Positions 25,437 to 36,530 of a DNA stretch of 64,000 bases are shown here, in pieces (positions within the stretch are counted from its first letter, which is position 1; the number at the start of each line of letters is the position of its first letter). The translations under genes and the position numbers were made by a program. The notes under the pieces were generated by a model. It saw nothing but the letters and a program-made list of their open reading frames with translations, was not told the DNA's origin and made no database searches. Source of the stretch: Mustelus asterias (lineage: Eukaryota); contig NC_135819.1 in the NCBI RefSeq assembly GCF_964213995.1, positions 7,564,001 through 7,628,000 of the forward strand, given 5' to 3'.

Positions 25437-25767
25437 TGTGGTGAACCATCGTTGGTTCCCACCAGGTAGTACTGAGCCAGGGTCTGGCCAGTACTATGAG
25501 TCTGTATAGATGTTGCTGTTGGGGTTAGGGTTGGGTTGTTCTACATGTTACTGTTGGGGTTAGGGTTGGGCTGTTCTACCTGTATTATAGTTATTATGGT
25601 ACATCCCAGTCGGGCTCCGCCTCCTGGGAGAGGTATAAAGGTCACTGCTCTGTCTGGGACCCCTCAGTCTGGGATCGTGTATTATATATGGTAGCTCTAT
25701 TGTAGTAGTCAATAAAAGCCTTTATTTCCTCGAGCATCTCTAGCCTCGTGAGTTATATCGCGCATCA
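25437..25767 (+). mobile_element. Solo LTR (331 bp)
   Basis: TGTGGTGAACC...GCGCATCA termini, TATAAA and AATAAA, 5-bp TSD GGGGT. Confidence 0.92.
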
Positions 25768-26103
25768 GGGGTAGGTACAGGGGAAATGTTCGGGGGAAGT
25801 TTTTCACACAGAGGGTGGAGGGCGAGTGGAATCGGCTGCCGTCAGTGGTGGTGGAGGCAAACTCAATAGGGTCTTTTAAGGGACCCCTGGATGAGTACAT
25901 GGGACTTAATAGGATGGAGGGTTATAGGTAGGCCTAAAAGGTAGGGATATGTTCGGCACAACTTGAGGGGCCGAAGGGCCTGTTTTGTGCTGTAGTTTTT
26001 CTATGTTTCTTCTCCATGTAGCTCACCAACCTTATTTACCATGCTTTATAAATGAGCATGTATGCTCCAAAGCTTGCGGTGGCAGGGCCGGGGCCGGGGG
26101 TGG

Positions 26104-26321
26104 GGGGGGATTCTCTGGCCTCCCAGTGCATGTTTCTCAGCAGCGGGAGGTGGCGCACTGTTTGCTGGTGGCAGGATTCTCTGGGCCTGCTGCTGACAAT
26201 GGGATTGCCCATTGACGTTACCCCACGCCGCAGTGACACACGCAGGGGCGTGTCCAGTGGGAGGGGGTACACTGCCAGTGTGCTGGAGAATCACGCTGGC
26301 GTGAATGGCAGGAGAATTCCC
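26104..26321. mobile_element. MITE-like element (related copy ~52584-52794)
   Basis: Imperfect inverted ends GGGGATTCTC...GAGAATTCCC; shared internal CAATGGGATT..CCCATTGA. Confidence 0.6.
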
Positions 26322-26589
26322 TCCAATTTTAGATTACCTCACTCTCCGATCCCTCCTATTTCCGGAATATTCGTTATTCCTGTGCGATTTGCCTCTTCCA
26401 GTCCTCTGCAGCTTATTGCTCTTCTAATGTTTCATCTAATTTGAGTTTGTAATAAATCTAAGATACGCTGGCCTGAGATGGGTGAAGTGGGTTCAGGGGT
26501 TTGTCAATGGGAGTGCAGCAGAGAAGTGGAGAATCACTGGGAATTTGAGCTCATGCTGAAATGTGGAATTCCCGTCAGGAGCAGAGAGA

Positions 26590-27445
26590 GGTCATAGAGG
26601 TTTACAGCATGGAAACAGGCCCTTCAGCCCAACTTGTCCATGCCGCCCTTTTTTTAAACCCCTAAGCTAGTCCCAATTACCCACATTTGGCCCATATCCC
26701 TCTGCACCCATCTTACCCATGTAACTGTCTGATGCACCGTCAATCAAGCAAAGACTAGTTTGTATGCAAGAACAAATAGGCTTTTATTAGCAAAAGACTT
26801 GGAGCACACCCATGCCGATGAACTGGTCCAGAGACTGAGGCAGGGGGTGGGGAGCAGTCACCTTTATACCTGGACCAGGGGGGGAGGAGTTCCAGGCAGG
26901 GCCGGCAGGGGCATGTCCAGGCATGTCACACACACACAGGCAATAAGCTAACAGTGGTTTACCACACTGTCTAAATGCTTTTTAAAAGACAAAATTGTAC
27001 CCGCCTCTACTACTACCTCTGGCAGCTTGTTCCAGACACTCACCACCCTCTCTGTGTGAAAAGATTGCCCCTCTGGACCCTTTTGTATCTCTCCCCTCTC
27101 ACCTTAAACCTATGCCCTCCAGTTTTAGACTCCCCACCTTTGGGAAAAGATATTGACTATCTAGCTGATCTACGCCCCTCATTATTTTATAGACCTCTAT
27201 AAGATCACCCCTCAGCCTCCTACGCTCCAGAGAAAAGAGTCCCAGTCTATCCAGCCTCTCCTTATAACTCAATCCATCAAGTCCCGGTAGTATCCTAGTA
27301 AATCGTTTCTGCACTTTTTCTAGTTTCGTAATATTCTTTCTATAATAGGGTGACCAGAACTGTACACAGTATTCCAAGTGTGGCCTTACCAATGTCTTGT
27401 ACAACTTCAACAAGACGTCCCAACTCCTGTATTCAATGTTCTGAC
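26590..27445 (-). mobile_element. CR1 LINE 3' part hosting a solo LTR
   Basis: LYKTLVRPHLEYCVQFWSPYY in ORF 27099-27797. Confidence 0.9.
26730..26966 (-). mobile_element. Solo LTR (237 bp), related family
   Basis: Minus strand TGTGGTAAACCA...GCATCA, TATAAA, AATAAA, 5-bp TSD CTGTC. Confidence 0.9.
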
Positions 27446-28369
27446 CATGTGGTGATGTATATTCCTGACATGAGGTAATGTATATTCCTGAGTTCATTGT
27501 GGAGTATAGTGTTGGGGAAATATGAAGTGAATGGAATCTATGCCTGGTACACTCTTGGTTCCCATTTTTCATTGTGCTGATATTAAAGATGCAATATCTG
27601 CGGGGCCCACCATTTTGTTCAGGTGGGATCCAGTCTTTGGGGAAATGGAAGTTTGAAATAGCCATTTTCTGAATTGCAGTGAGAGGCTCTGTTGGAAATT
27701 TATTATACAATGCCACCCAGTGGATCTGTAATGGAGCTGCTGGCTTACACAAGGCTGACTTCAAAAACAGAAAACAGTTCCACAGCTTGGCTGGCACTAA
27801 CAGATCTGTATAACATATCTTTCAGTGTTATAAATATCGAACAATGGCAACTCCAGGTGTGAGTGCTACTGCAGGTAACTGTTATGCATTATCATGACTG
27901 GTCATCAAATTCAATACCCGGATCCCACCTTCCCCCCATATTCCTTGATCCCTTTAGCCCCAAGAGCTATATCTAATTTCTTCTTGAAATCACACAATGT
28001 TTTGGCCTCAATTATTTTCTGTGGTAGTGAATTCCACACATTCATCACTCTCTGGGTGAAGGAATTTCTCCTCACCTCAGTTCTAAAAGGTTTGCCCCTT
28101 ATCCTCAAACTATGACCCCTAGTTCTAGATTCCCCCACCATTGGGAACATTCTTTCTGAATCTACCAGTCTAACCCTGTTAGAATTTTATAAGTTTCTAT
28201 GAGATCCCCTCTCACTCTTCTAAGCTCCAGTGAATATAATCCTAACCAGTTTAGTCTCTCCTCATATGACAGACCTGCCATCCCAGGAATCAGCCTGGTA
28301 AACCTTTGCTGCACTCCCTCTGTAGCAAGGATATCCTTCCTCAGACCCAAACTGCTCACAAAACTCCAG

Positions 28370-29114
28370 GGGCCCGATTTTACCATCGTGTTGCACCCAT
28401 TTTTGGGCGTGAAAACTTGGTAAAGTCGGGCGTGAGACGAGGAGCATGATCCGCACCCGCCTCCGTGCCGGTTCCCCCTTTACCAAAGCCTGAAAATGGC
28501 TGCTATTGGGACCACGCCCAAAACATTTGCATGCATTTAAATTGACTGAATGAGCTGCATGCCCAACCTTACTGGCACTTCCCTCTTTACCACCGCGTTC
28601 AACCATGCAGAATTGGTGCTCCACAAAAGTCCAATTTGGGCGCTCCAGTTAGTGAGGAGGTAAGTGCCGAGCGTCCAACGGCTCTCAGTTTGAGATCGGT
28701 GGGGGAGAGGGGGAAGGAGGGGTCCGCTGTCACTCTGCCTGAGATCAGTGGAGGGGAAATGGGAAGGGGCCACGATCGGTCTGGGTGGCGGAGGAGGTGG
28801 GGGGATAAGGGGGTCAGTAATGTTTTGGAGATGGGGCAATGTCTGTGGTGGCCAGAGGGAGACATCATCCGGCCCCGGAGGGATGTGGTAGGGAGCCGCA
28901 TTCTATCATTTTTTTCTGCCCATGCACGGTTGGAGGTTCCGGTTGGAGCTGTAGGGGTTTGGGCGCGTTAAGCTCCGCCCACAGGCTTGTGCTGATATTT
29001 TTGCAGGCAGAGTGCGTATGGGGGCACCTTTGAACAGATCTAAAAGTCGGATCTGAAACACTCCCAGTTTCAAGTCTGCCCAGCACTTAGAATCAAAATG
29101 GTAAAATAGGGCCT
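28370..29114. mobile_element. Non-autonomous DNA transposon (MITE, PIF/Harbinger-like)
   Basis: TIRs GGGCCCGATTTTACCAT / ATGGTAAAATAGGGCCT, 3-bp TSD CAG; removal restores the host CR1. Confidence 0.85.
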
Positions 29115-30615
29115 CAGATGTGGCCTCACCAATGCCCTGTTTCATTGCAGCAAAACATCCCTATACTCAACTGCATGGTTGAACGCTATAAAGGCCAACA
29201 TACCATTTTCCTTCTTCACTGCTTGCTGAGCCTGAAGCTTATTTTCAGAGACTGATGCACGAGGACACCCAGGTCTCTCTGAGTATCCAGCTTTCTCAAT
29301 TTACACCATTCAAATAATAATCTGTCTTCCTATTTTTGCTACCAAAGTGGATAACCTCACATTTATCTACGTTATACTGTATCTGTCATGCATACGCCCA
29401 CTCACTCAACCTGTCCAAATCATGCTGAAGCATCTTTGCATCCTCCTCACAGCTCACCCACCCACCCAACTTTGTATCATCTGCAAATTTGGAGACCATA
29501 CATTTAATTCCCTTGTCCAAGTTGTTAATATATAATGTGAACTGTTGGGGTTCTAGCATAGATCCCTGCGGAACCTCACTAGTCACTGCCTGCCAGTCGG
29601 TAATAGACCCATTTATTCCAACTCTTTGCTTCCTATCTGCTAACCATCTCAAGACACTACCCATAATCCCATGTGCTTTAATTTTACATAGTAATTTTCT
29701 ATGTGAGACCATGTTGAAAGCTTTCTAAAAAGCTAAATAAACCACATCCACCAGTTCTCCCTTGTCAATTCTACCAGTTAAATCCTCAAAGATTTCTAGT
29801 AGATTTGTCAAGCATGAGTTTCCTTTCACAAATCCATGCTGACTTTGTCTGATTATACCACTGCTTTCCAAATGCTGTGCTATGGAAACCTTGATAATGG
29901 ACTCTAGCAACTTCCCGACTACCGATGGTAGGCTCACTAATCTATAGTTCCCTGTTTTCCCTCTACCTCCCTTTTTGATTAGCAGGATACATCTGTTCCA
30001 ATCTGTAGGAACCATTCCAGAGTCCAAAGAATTTTGGAAAATGACCACCAATGGATTTACCATTTCTGAGGCCATTTCTTTAAGTACTCCGGGATGAATA
30101 TTATCAGACCCTGGAGATTTATCCACCTTCAATCCCATTAACTTCCCCAAAACCATTTCTCTACTCATACTTTCAGCTCCTCACTAAAACTTGTGTTTCT
30201 CAGAATTTCTGGTATGTTGTTCATGTCATCATTTATGGAAACAGAAACAAGGTACAAATTTAGTTCCTCAGCCATTTCTTTGTTCCCCATTATGAATTTC
30301 CCTGTTTCTGAATGTATGAGGCCTACTTTTGTTTTTGTCAATCTTTTCCTCTTTACAAATTTTTACAGTCAGATTTTATGTTCCCCACTAGCTTACTTTC
30401 ATATTCTATTTTCCCCTTCTTAAAACCATTGGTCTGCCTTTGCTGAATGTTAAACTGCCCGCAGTGCTCAAGTCTATTGATTTTTTTTTGCTATTTGTAT
30501 GCTTCTTCTTTGAATCTAGTACTATCACTAATTTCCCTTGTAAGCCATGGTTTGGCCACAGTTAACTTACCATTCTTGCGCCAAACAGGAATAAACAATT
30601 TCTGGAGTTCACCTA

Positions 30616-31795
30616 TGTCATATACATGGATTTTAGTAAGGCGTTTGATAAGGTCCCCCATGGTCGGCTTATGATGAAAGTGAGGAGGTGTGGGATAGAG
30701 GGAAAGTTGGCTGATTGGATAGGTAACTGGCTGTCTGATCGAAGACAGAGGGTGGTGGTGGATGGAAAATTTTCGGATTGGAGGCAGGTTGCTAGCGGAG
30801 TGCCGCAGGGATCAGTGCTTGGTCCTCTGCTCTTTGTGATTTTTATTAATGACTTAGAGGAGGGGGCTGAAGGGTGGATCAGTAAATTTGCTGATGACAC
30901 CAAGATTGGTGGAGTAGTGGATGAGGTGGAGGGCTGTTGTATGCTGCAAAGAGACATAGATAGGACGCAAAGCTGGGCTGAAAAATGGCAAATGGAGTTT
31001 AACCCTGATAAATGTGAGGTGATTCATTTTGGTAGGACTAATTTAAATGTGGATTACAGGGTCAAAGGTTGGGTTCTGAAGACTGTGGAGGAACAGAGAG
31101 ATCGTGGGATCCATATCCACAGATCTCTAAAGGTTGCCACTCAAGTGGACAGAGCTGTGAAGAAGGCCTATAGTATGTTAGCTTTTATTAACAGGGGGTT
31201 GGAGTTTAAGAGCCGTGGGGTTATGCTGCAACTGTACAGGACCTTGGTGAGACCACATTTGGAATATTGTGTGCAGTTCTGGTCACCTCACTATAAGAAG
31301 GATGTGGAAGTGCTGGAAAGAGTGCAGAGGAGATTTACCAGGATGCTGCCTGGTTTGGAGGGTAGGTCTTATGAGGAAAGGTTGAGGGAGCTGGGGCTGT
31401 TCTCTCTGGAGCGGAGGAGGCTGAGGGGAGACTTAATAGAGGTTTATAAAATGATGAAGGGGATAGATAGAGTGAACGTTCAAAGACTATTTCCTCGGGT
31501 GGATGGAGCTATTACAAAGGGGCATAACTATAGGGTTCGTGGTGGGAGATACAGGAAGGATATCAGAGGTAGGTTCTTTACGCAGAGAGTGGTTGGGGTG
31601 TGGAATGGACTGCCTGCAGTGATAGTGGAGTCAGACACTTTAGGAACATTTAAGCGGGTATTGGATAGGCACATGGAGCACACCAGGATGATAGGGAGTG
31701 GGATAGCTTGATCTTGGTTTCAGATAAAGCTCGGCACAACATCGTGGGCCGAAGGGCCTGTTCTGTGCTGTACTGTTTTATGTTCTATGTTCTAT
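30616..31795 (+). mobile_element. Young CR1 LINE (361-aa open RT ORF)
   Basis: MDFSKAFDKVPH...FADDTK...; near-identical to 45183-46352 in inverted orientation. Confidence 0.95.
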
Positions 31796-31889
31796 TTGTT
31801 CTTTAAATGCCTGCCATTGCCTGTCCATTGTCTTTTCTTTCGATCATGTTTCCCAGTCCATCATGGCCAATTCATGCCTCAGACCATCA

Positions 31890-32635
31890 TAGAAACATAG
31901 AAAAACTACAGCACAAAACAGGCCCTTCGGCCCCACAAGTTGTGCCGAACATATCCCTACCTTTTAGGCCTACCTATAACCCTCCATCCTATTAAGTCCC
32001 ATGTACTCATCCAGGAGTCTCTTAAAAGACCCTATTGAGTTTGCCTCCACCACCACTGATGGCAGCCGATTCCACTCGCCCACCATCCTCTGTGTGAAAA
32101 ACTTCCCCCTAACATCTCCCCTGTACCTACCCCCCAGCACCTTAAACCTGTGTCATCTTGTAGCAGCCATTTCCACCCTGGGAAAAAGCCTCTGAGAGTC
32201 CACCTGATCTATGCCTCTCAACATCTTATATGCCTCTATTAGGTCTCCTCTCATCCTACGTCCCTCCAAGGTGAAAAGACCGAGCTCCCTCAGCCTATCC
32301 TCATAAGGCATGCCACACAATCCAGGCAATATCCTTGTAAATCTCCTCTGCACCCTTTCAATCTTTTCCACATCCTTCCTGTAATGAGGCGACCAGAACT
32401 GAGCACAGTACTCCAAGTGGGGTCTGACGAGGGTCTTATATAGCTGCACCATTATCCCCGGACTCCTGAACTCAATCCCTCGATTAATAAAGGCCAGCAC
32501 ACCATACGCCTTCTTAACCACCTCCTCCACCTGCGGGGCCGATTTTAGAGCCCTATGGACCCGGACCCCAAGGTCCTTCTGATCCTCTACAGTACTAAGA
32601 GCCTTTGCCTTTATATTGTACTCCTTTATATTGTA
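31890..32635 (-). mobile_element. CR1 LINE 3' part, TSD CCATCATAG
   Basis: ORF 32153-32644; same subfamily as 24993-26010. Confidence 0.9.
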
Positions 32636-32999
32636 CTCCATCATAGTTACCTTTATTGAGATTCAGGACCCTGGTCTCAGAATCAACTACATCATTATCC
32701 ACCTTGATAAAGAATTCTACCATATTATGGTCACTCGTACCCAAGAGTTCTCTCACAACTAGATTGCCAACTAATCCTTTCTCATTGCACAACACCCAGC
32801 CCAAGATGGTCTGCTCCCTTGTTGGTTCCTCAATGTATTGCTCCAGAAAACCATCCCGTATACACTCCAGAAATTCCTCCTCTATTGTACTGTAACTGAT
32901 TTGACTCTCCCAATCTATATGCAGATTAAAGTCGCCCATAATCACAGATGTTCCTTTAACACATGCTTCTCTGATTTCCTGTCTAGTGCTTTTCCCAAC

Positions 33000-33276
33000 T
33001 GATGCGCGATTAATCCACTCGGGAGGCTAGATCGTACCCGGGAATAAAGGCTTTTATTAGCAACAAGAATAGAGCATACTGCTTAACAATACAATCCCAG
33101 ACTAAAGGGTCACTAGGAAGTGCAGTGACCTTTATACTCCTATAGGAAGGTGGAGCCAAACGGAGTGTACCACAGAACAATACCAACAGGTGGAACACCC
33201 CAACCCTAACCCCAACAGTAACAAGAGTAACATATGTACAAGTACCCATAGTGATAACCAGCTATGGTTCACCACA
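33000..33276 (-). mobile_element. Solo LTR (277 bp), same family as 25437-25767
   Basis: Minus strand TGTGGTGAACCAT...CGCGCATCA, 5-bp TSD CCAAC. Confidence 0.92.
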
Positions 33277-33782
33277 CCAACATTACCATGACAGTTTGGT
33301 AGTCTGTAAACCACCCTCACCAATGTTTTTTGCCCCTTGTTGTTTCTTAACTCGGCCCATACAGATTCCACATCATCTATGCTAATATCATTCCTCAATA
33401 TCGTATCAATGTCATCTTTGATCAACAATGCAACTCCACCACCTTTTCCTTTCTGTCTGTCTGAATAGCCCTCAATGTTTAGTTCCCATCCTTACTCACC
33501 TTGGAGTCACGTCTCTGTAATGTCAACAATATCATACCTCTTTACATCTATCTGTGCAACTAATTCATCCATTTTGTTTCAAATGCTCCAAGCATTCAGG
33601 TACAAAACCTGAAGGTGGGCACTTTTAACATTTCTTTTCCCCTTCCTACTAGTTTTTATTCGGTCCTTATCTGACTCTGGCCCTTGATTTCTCTGCCCGT
33701 CACTTTCCTTATTCTTCTTACTGTTTTTTCCTCTTGTTCTTAATTTCCCTTCTCTGAATCCTTGCAAAGGTTCCCATGATAC

Positions 33783-34364
33783 TGTTGTGGGAAAAATCCA
33801 CTAGTAGTCAGACTTCGAGATTCAGAAAATACGATTTATGAAACGGAGCTCCGGGAGTTAAGGCACATTGTTCGTAGAACACCTTTTCTCACTAGTATGT
33901 CGGGAGCGGTTCATTTTTATACCCTTTACACAATGGGTAAACCGGTGATTCGAACATTATCACATCGTTTAAGTGAGTACAAACAGGCATAGACATTTAA
34001 CATAATATGAATGGGTACATTTCCTCATGTCTGTATCTATCAATGGTCAGTTTCGTCTCATTCAGGTGCTAATTGGTTTCCTCGCATTCATATTTTCCCG
34101 CTTTTCCTGAGGTTAATCTAAGCTCTTTGTTTCGGGTTTTCCTGATCTTAAAAGATGTCTTGACCCTTGGCTTGGCTTCCTGAGGTGTTTGTTTGCTATG
34201 AGTCACTGTCTGTGATTTGGGAATGGCTTGTCTGTTAGGTTTTGATTTAAAGTGATTTCTGAACAGCGGGAGCCTGTGTCTGCTTTCTGGCTTCTTTCCC
34301 AGTTAACCCTTTATGTGCCAGGCAGCCATTTTAAAGTGTGCTCCCTTGTATCTTTCCCCTTACA
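33783..34364 (-). repeat. ERV 3' LTR (582 bp)
   Basis: Preceded on the minus strand by PPT AAAAAAAGGG-AC (34365-34376); about 97% identical to the 5' LTR by eye. Confidence 0.95.
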
Positions 34365-34421
34365 GTCCCTTTTTTTGGTCGGATTATAGCTTGGACAATC
34401 CCCAGACCAACAATCATACAT

Positions 34422-35911
34422 TCACATATACAGGTCTTCGTTCTTCTCTCCTTCTTTGCATCTTTTGATGTCTTCATTTCTTCCAGTATCTTCAGTTCTT
34501 CTGACGTCTTCGGGGATCTTCATTAGGGGCTCTTCTTCGATGTACACACTGGCTCCTGGCACAATTCTTGTCAACATTATTTTAAAACAGACTTTAAGGC
34601 ATCCCACAGTCAGACAACAGACAAGTATAATGACAATGAGTATGACCAATCCATGTAACAGGTACGATTCCCAGGACTCTCCCACCAGCCATGCCAGCCA
34701 ACTACTTCCTCTCTTGGGTCCCTGTCTAAAGTTATCAAGTTGCGTCCTGATGTCATTGATGACCTGTGTAATATTGTAAGACTCATCTGTGACATGGGTT
34801 ATGCATTTGTTGCCTATGATTGCACATACTCCCCCTTGTTGTGCTAACTGGTAGTCCACTGCGTATCGTGTCTGCTGAGCATACAATCTTAGTTCAGCCA
34901 TTTCTTGGTTAACAGCCTCCAATGCTTTTGAAGTGCTGTTTCCCAGGATTGTTAGTCCACAAACAATATGGTTTCTATTCTTTGCTCCAATTACCCCGGC
35001 TGACCCCCCTAGAGATAAAGCTCCGAGGAACCCATACCCCAGTGAGGATCCCAGTGTACCCGGGGCTTCCCAGTCAGCGCAGAATTCTCTGCTAATAGCC
35101 CGGGTTACTATTCTCCTCCGAATGTACCCCTTCTGAGGGCATGAAACAGTCAGTGGCCCGATTGTTCCTACCGCAAAACAGTTTGGGAGGTTTGGTGTTT
35201 CTGTCATGTAGGTACTATTGAAGAGGAATACATACCCCTTCTTAGCCCGGTAACATTTAGTGTCCTGATTATGAGTTTGCTCATACTGCCAATTGTTCAG
35301 TTTATTTGGCTTCCCGTTTGATCCCACCAACTGGTAAGTATCAAAGGGGTATGTCCATTTGGCTGAGCTTACGTGAGTTCCATTATATTGCCCGCAAATA
35401 AGCTGTCTTCCCGCGGTTATATTTAAACATTTCCGTTCATCACAAATACAAGTAATCTGTCCCTTGTTAATCCGACAATGTTGACGGACACACTGTGTCT
35501 GTACACAAGAATCATTCTTGGGGACTAAGGCATAGGCACATCCCCATCCCTGCCCCGTGAAACAAAGCGGATAGCTTGCAGTATCTGGGCAAGCTTTTCC
35601 TCCCTCCTTTTGGGACCCCCCGCATGTAGGATCTGTGGGGTTTACAAGTCCCACACATCTCCCCTGTAAACCTCTTTTATATTTGCCAATTTGTCCCTTA
35701 CAGGGTGTCTCTGATGAGGGGTCCACCCAGGGGTGGCTACAAATAGGGCTTCTACAGATTGTGTTAATGGGTAACATACAGTTCGATTCCCGTGTAAATG
35801 TATGTGAGCTTTGTAAAACAAATTATCTTCCAGCCCAGTCAAATTTACAGTTGCCACAACACAAAATAATACAGTTACATACGTGATTACATACATATCC
35901 GCAACAGTCAT
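34422..35911 (-). pseudogene. env: Retroviral env (SU plus TM), split by one frameshift somewhere in ~35645-35770
   Basis: ORF 35642-35923 gives signal peptide and SU start (MYVITYVTVLFCVVA...NLFY...NRTVCYP); ORF 34422-35777 gives Cys-rich SU, RRRIVTR|A, fusion loop, heptad, ISD-like QTRYAVDYQLAQQGGVC, CX6C, TM helix and tail. Confidence 0.92.
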
Positions 35912-36034
35912 AAAACTTAACACTATAATTCAATTTTTTACAAGTTATTTTATTTATTAACCCGCGCACGCCGGCTCTTGTTTGCAGTCTTTGCCTGTGT
36001 TGAGGAAAGCAGTTCTGTTAGTTCATCAATTTAG

Positions 36035-36530
36035 CTACTTATCTCCTTTGTGTAATTTCAGCTGCGTCCAGTGCTTCCAGACACCTTTCCCTCTTATGTC
36101 TATACAGGCACAGGTGTCCCCACTAATTATAATTTCATATGGCCCATTCCACTTCTGGTGCAAACCCTGGTTTGTCAGGTAGTGTTTTCACTAGGACGCG
36201 ACTTCCCACTGTTGGGACGTCAGGGAGCATTTCCAGCATTCTCTCTGCGTCTTTTATTTCCTGATTATCTCTTACCAATTTGCGCATCCCTTTTAGCTGG
36301 GTGCTCAGGTCCAGAACCTATCTCTTGATTTTATCTTTTAGTGGACCGACATCGGTCCCACCTGTTATGATGCTTTCTGGTAATTGCATCACCCGTCCTG
36401 TCATTAGTTCATAAGGGGTTAATCTGGTTGTCCGGTTTGTGGTCGCTCTTAATTTCTTTAAAATAGTGGGCAATGCCTCTGTCCACCTTCTCCCTGATGT
36501 TTGTATGGCTTTAGCTAGTGCATTATACAT
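36035..36530 (-). pseudogene. pol: Integrase C-terminal remnant (end of pol)
   Basis: WTEALPTILKKLRATTNRTTRLTPYELMTGR, then one stop and one frameshift, then KWNGPYEII...WKHWTQLK (GPY/F-type module). Confidence 0.88.

Larger units (their letters stand above)
23605..26010 (+). mobile_element. CR1 LINE interrupted by an antisense CR1 (24223-24992) and a solo LTR (25437-25767)
   Basis: RT motifs QHGF, VPQGSVLGP, FADDTK; host resumes exactly (GAAGGAC|CTTGGGGTCC) as in the copy at 31890-32635. Confidence 0.9.
27900..33780 (-). mobile_element. Older long CR1 LINE (endonuclease plus RT) fragmented by four insertions
   Basis: Collinear minus-strand pieces: VLYLNAWSI and IMGDFN (APE endonuclease), KSPGSD, QHGF, FADDTK, FTQRV. 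Confidence 0.85.

Noticed and set aside
27826-27874. Possible small extra exon (CYKYRTMATPGVSATA)
   Set aside because: Open only in phase 0; in the phase 1 required by flanking exons it hits TAA immediately
30626-31711. Host protein-coding gene from long RT ORFs
   Set aside because: 5'-truncated multi-copy CR1 ORF2 fragments with 3' tails; no autonomous full-length copy in the window
35640-35777. Ebola-like transcriptional editing or programmed frameshift in env
   Set aside because: No 7A tract or X XXY YYZ slippery heptamer in the overlap; mutation or assembly error is simpler
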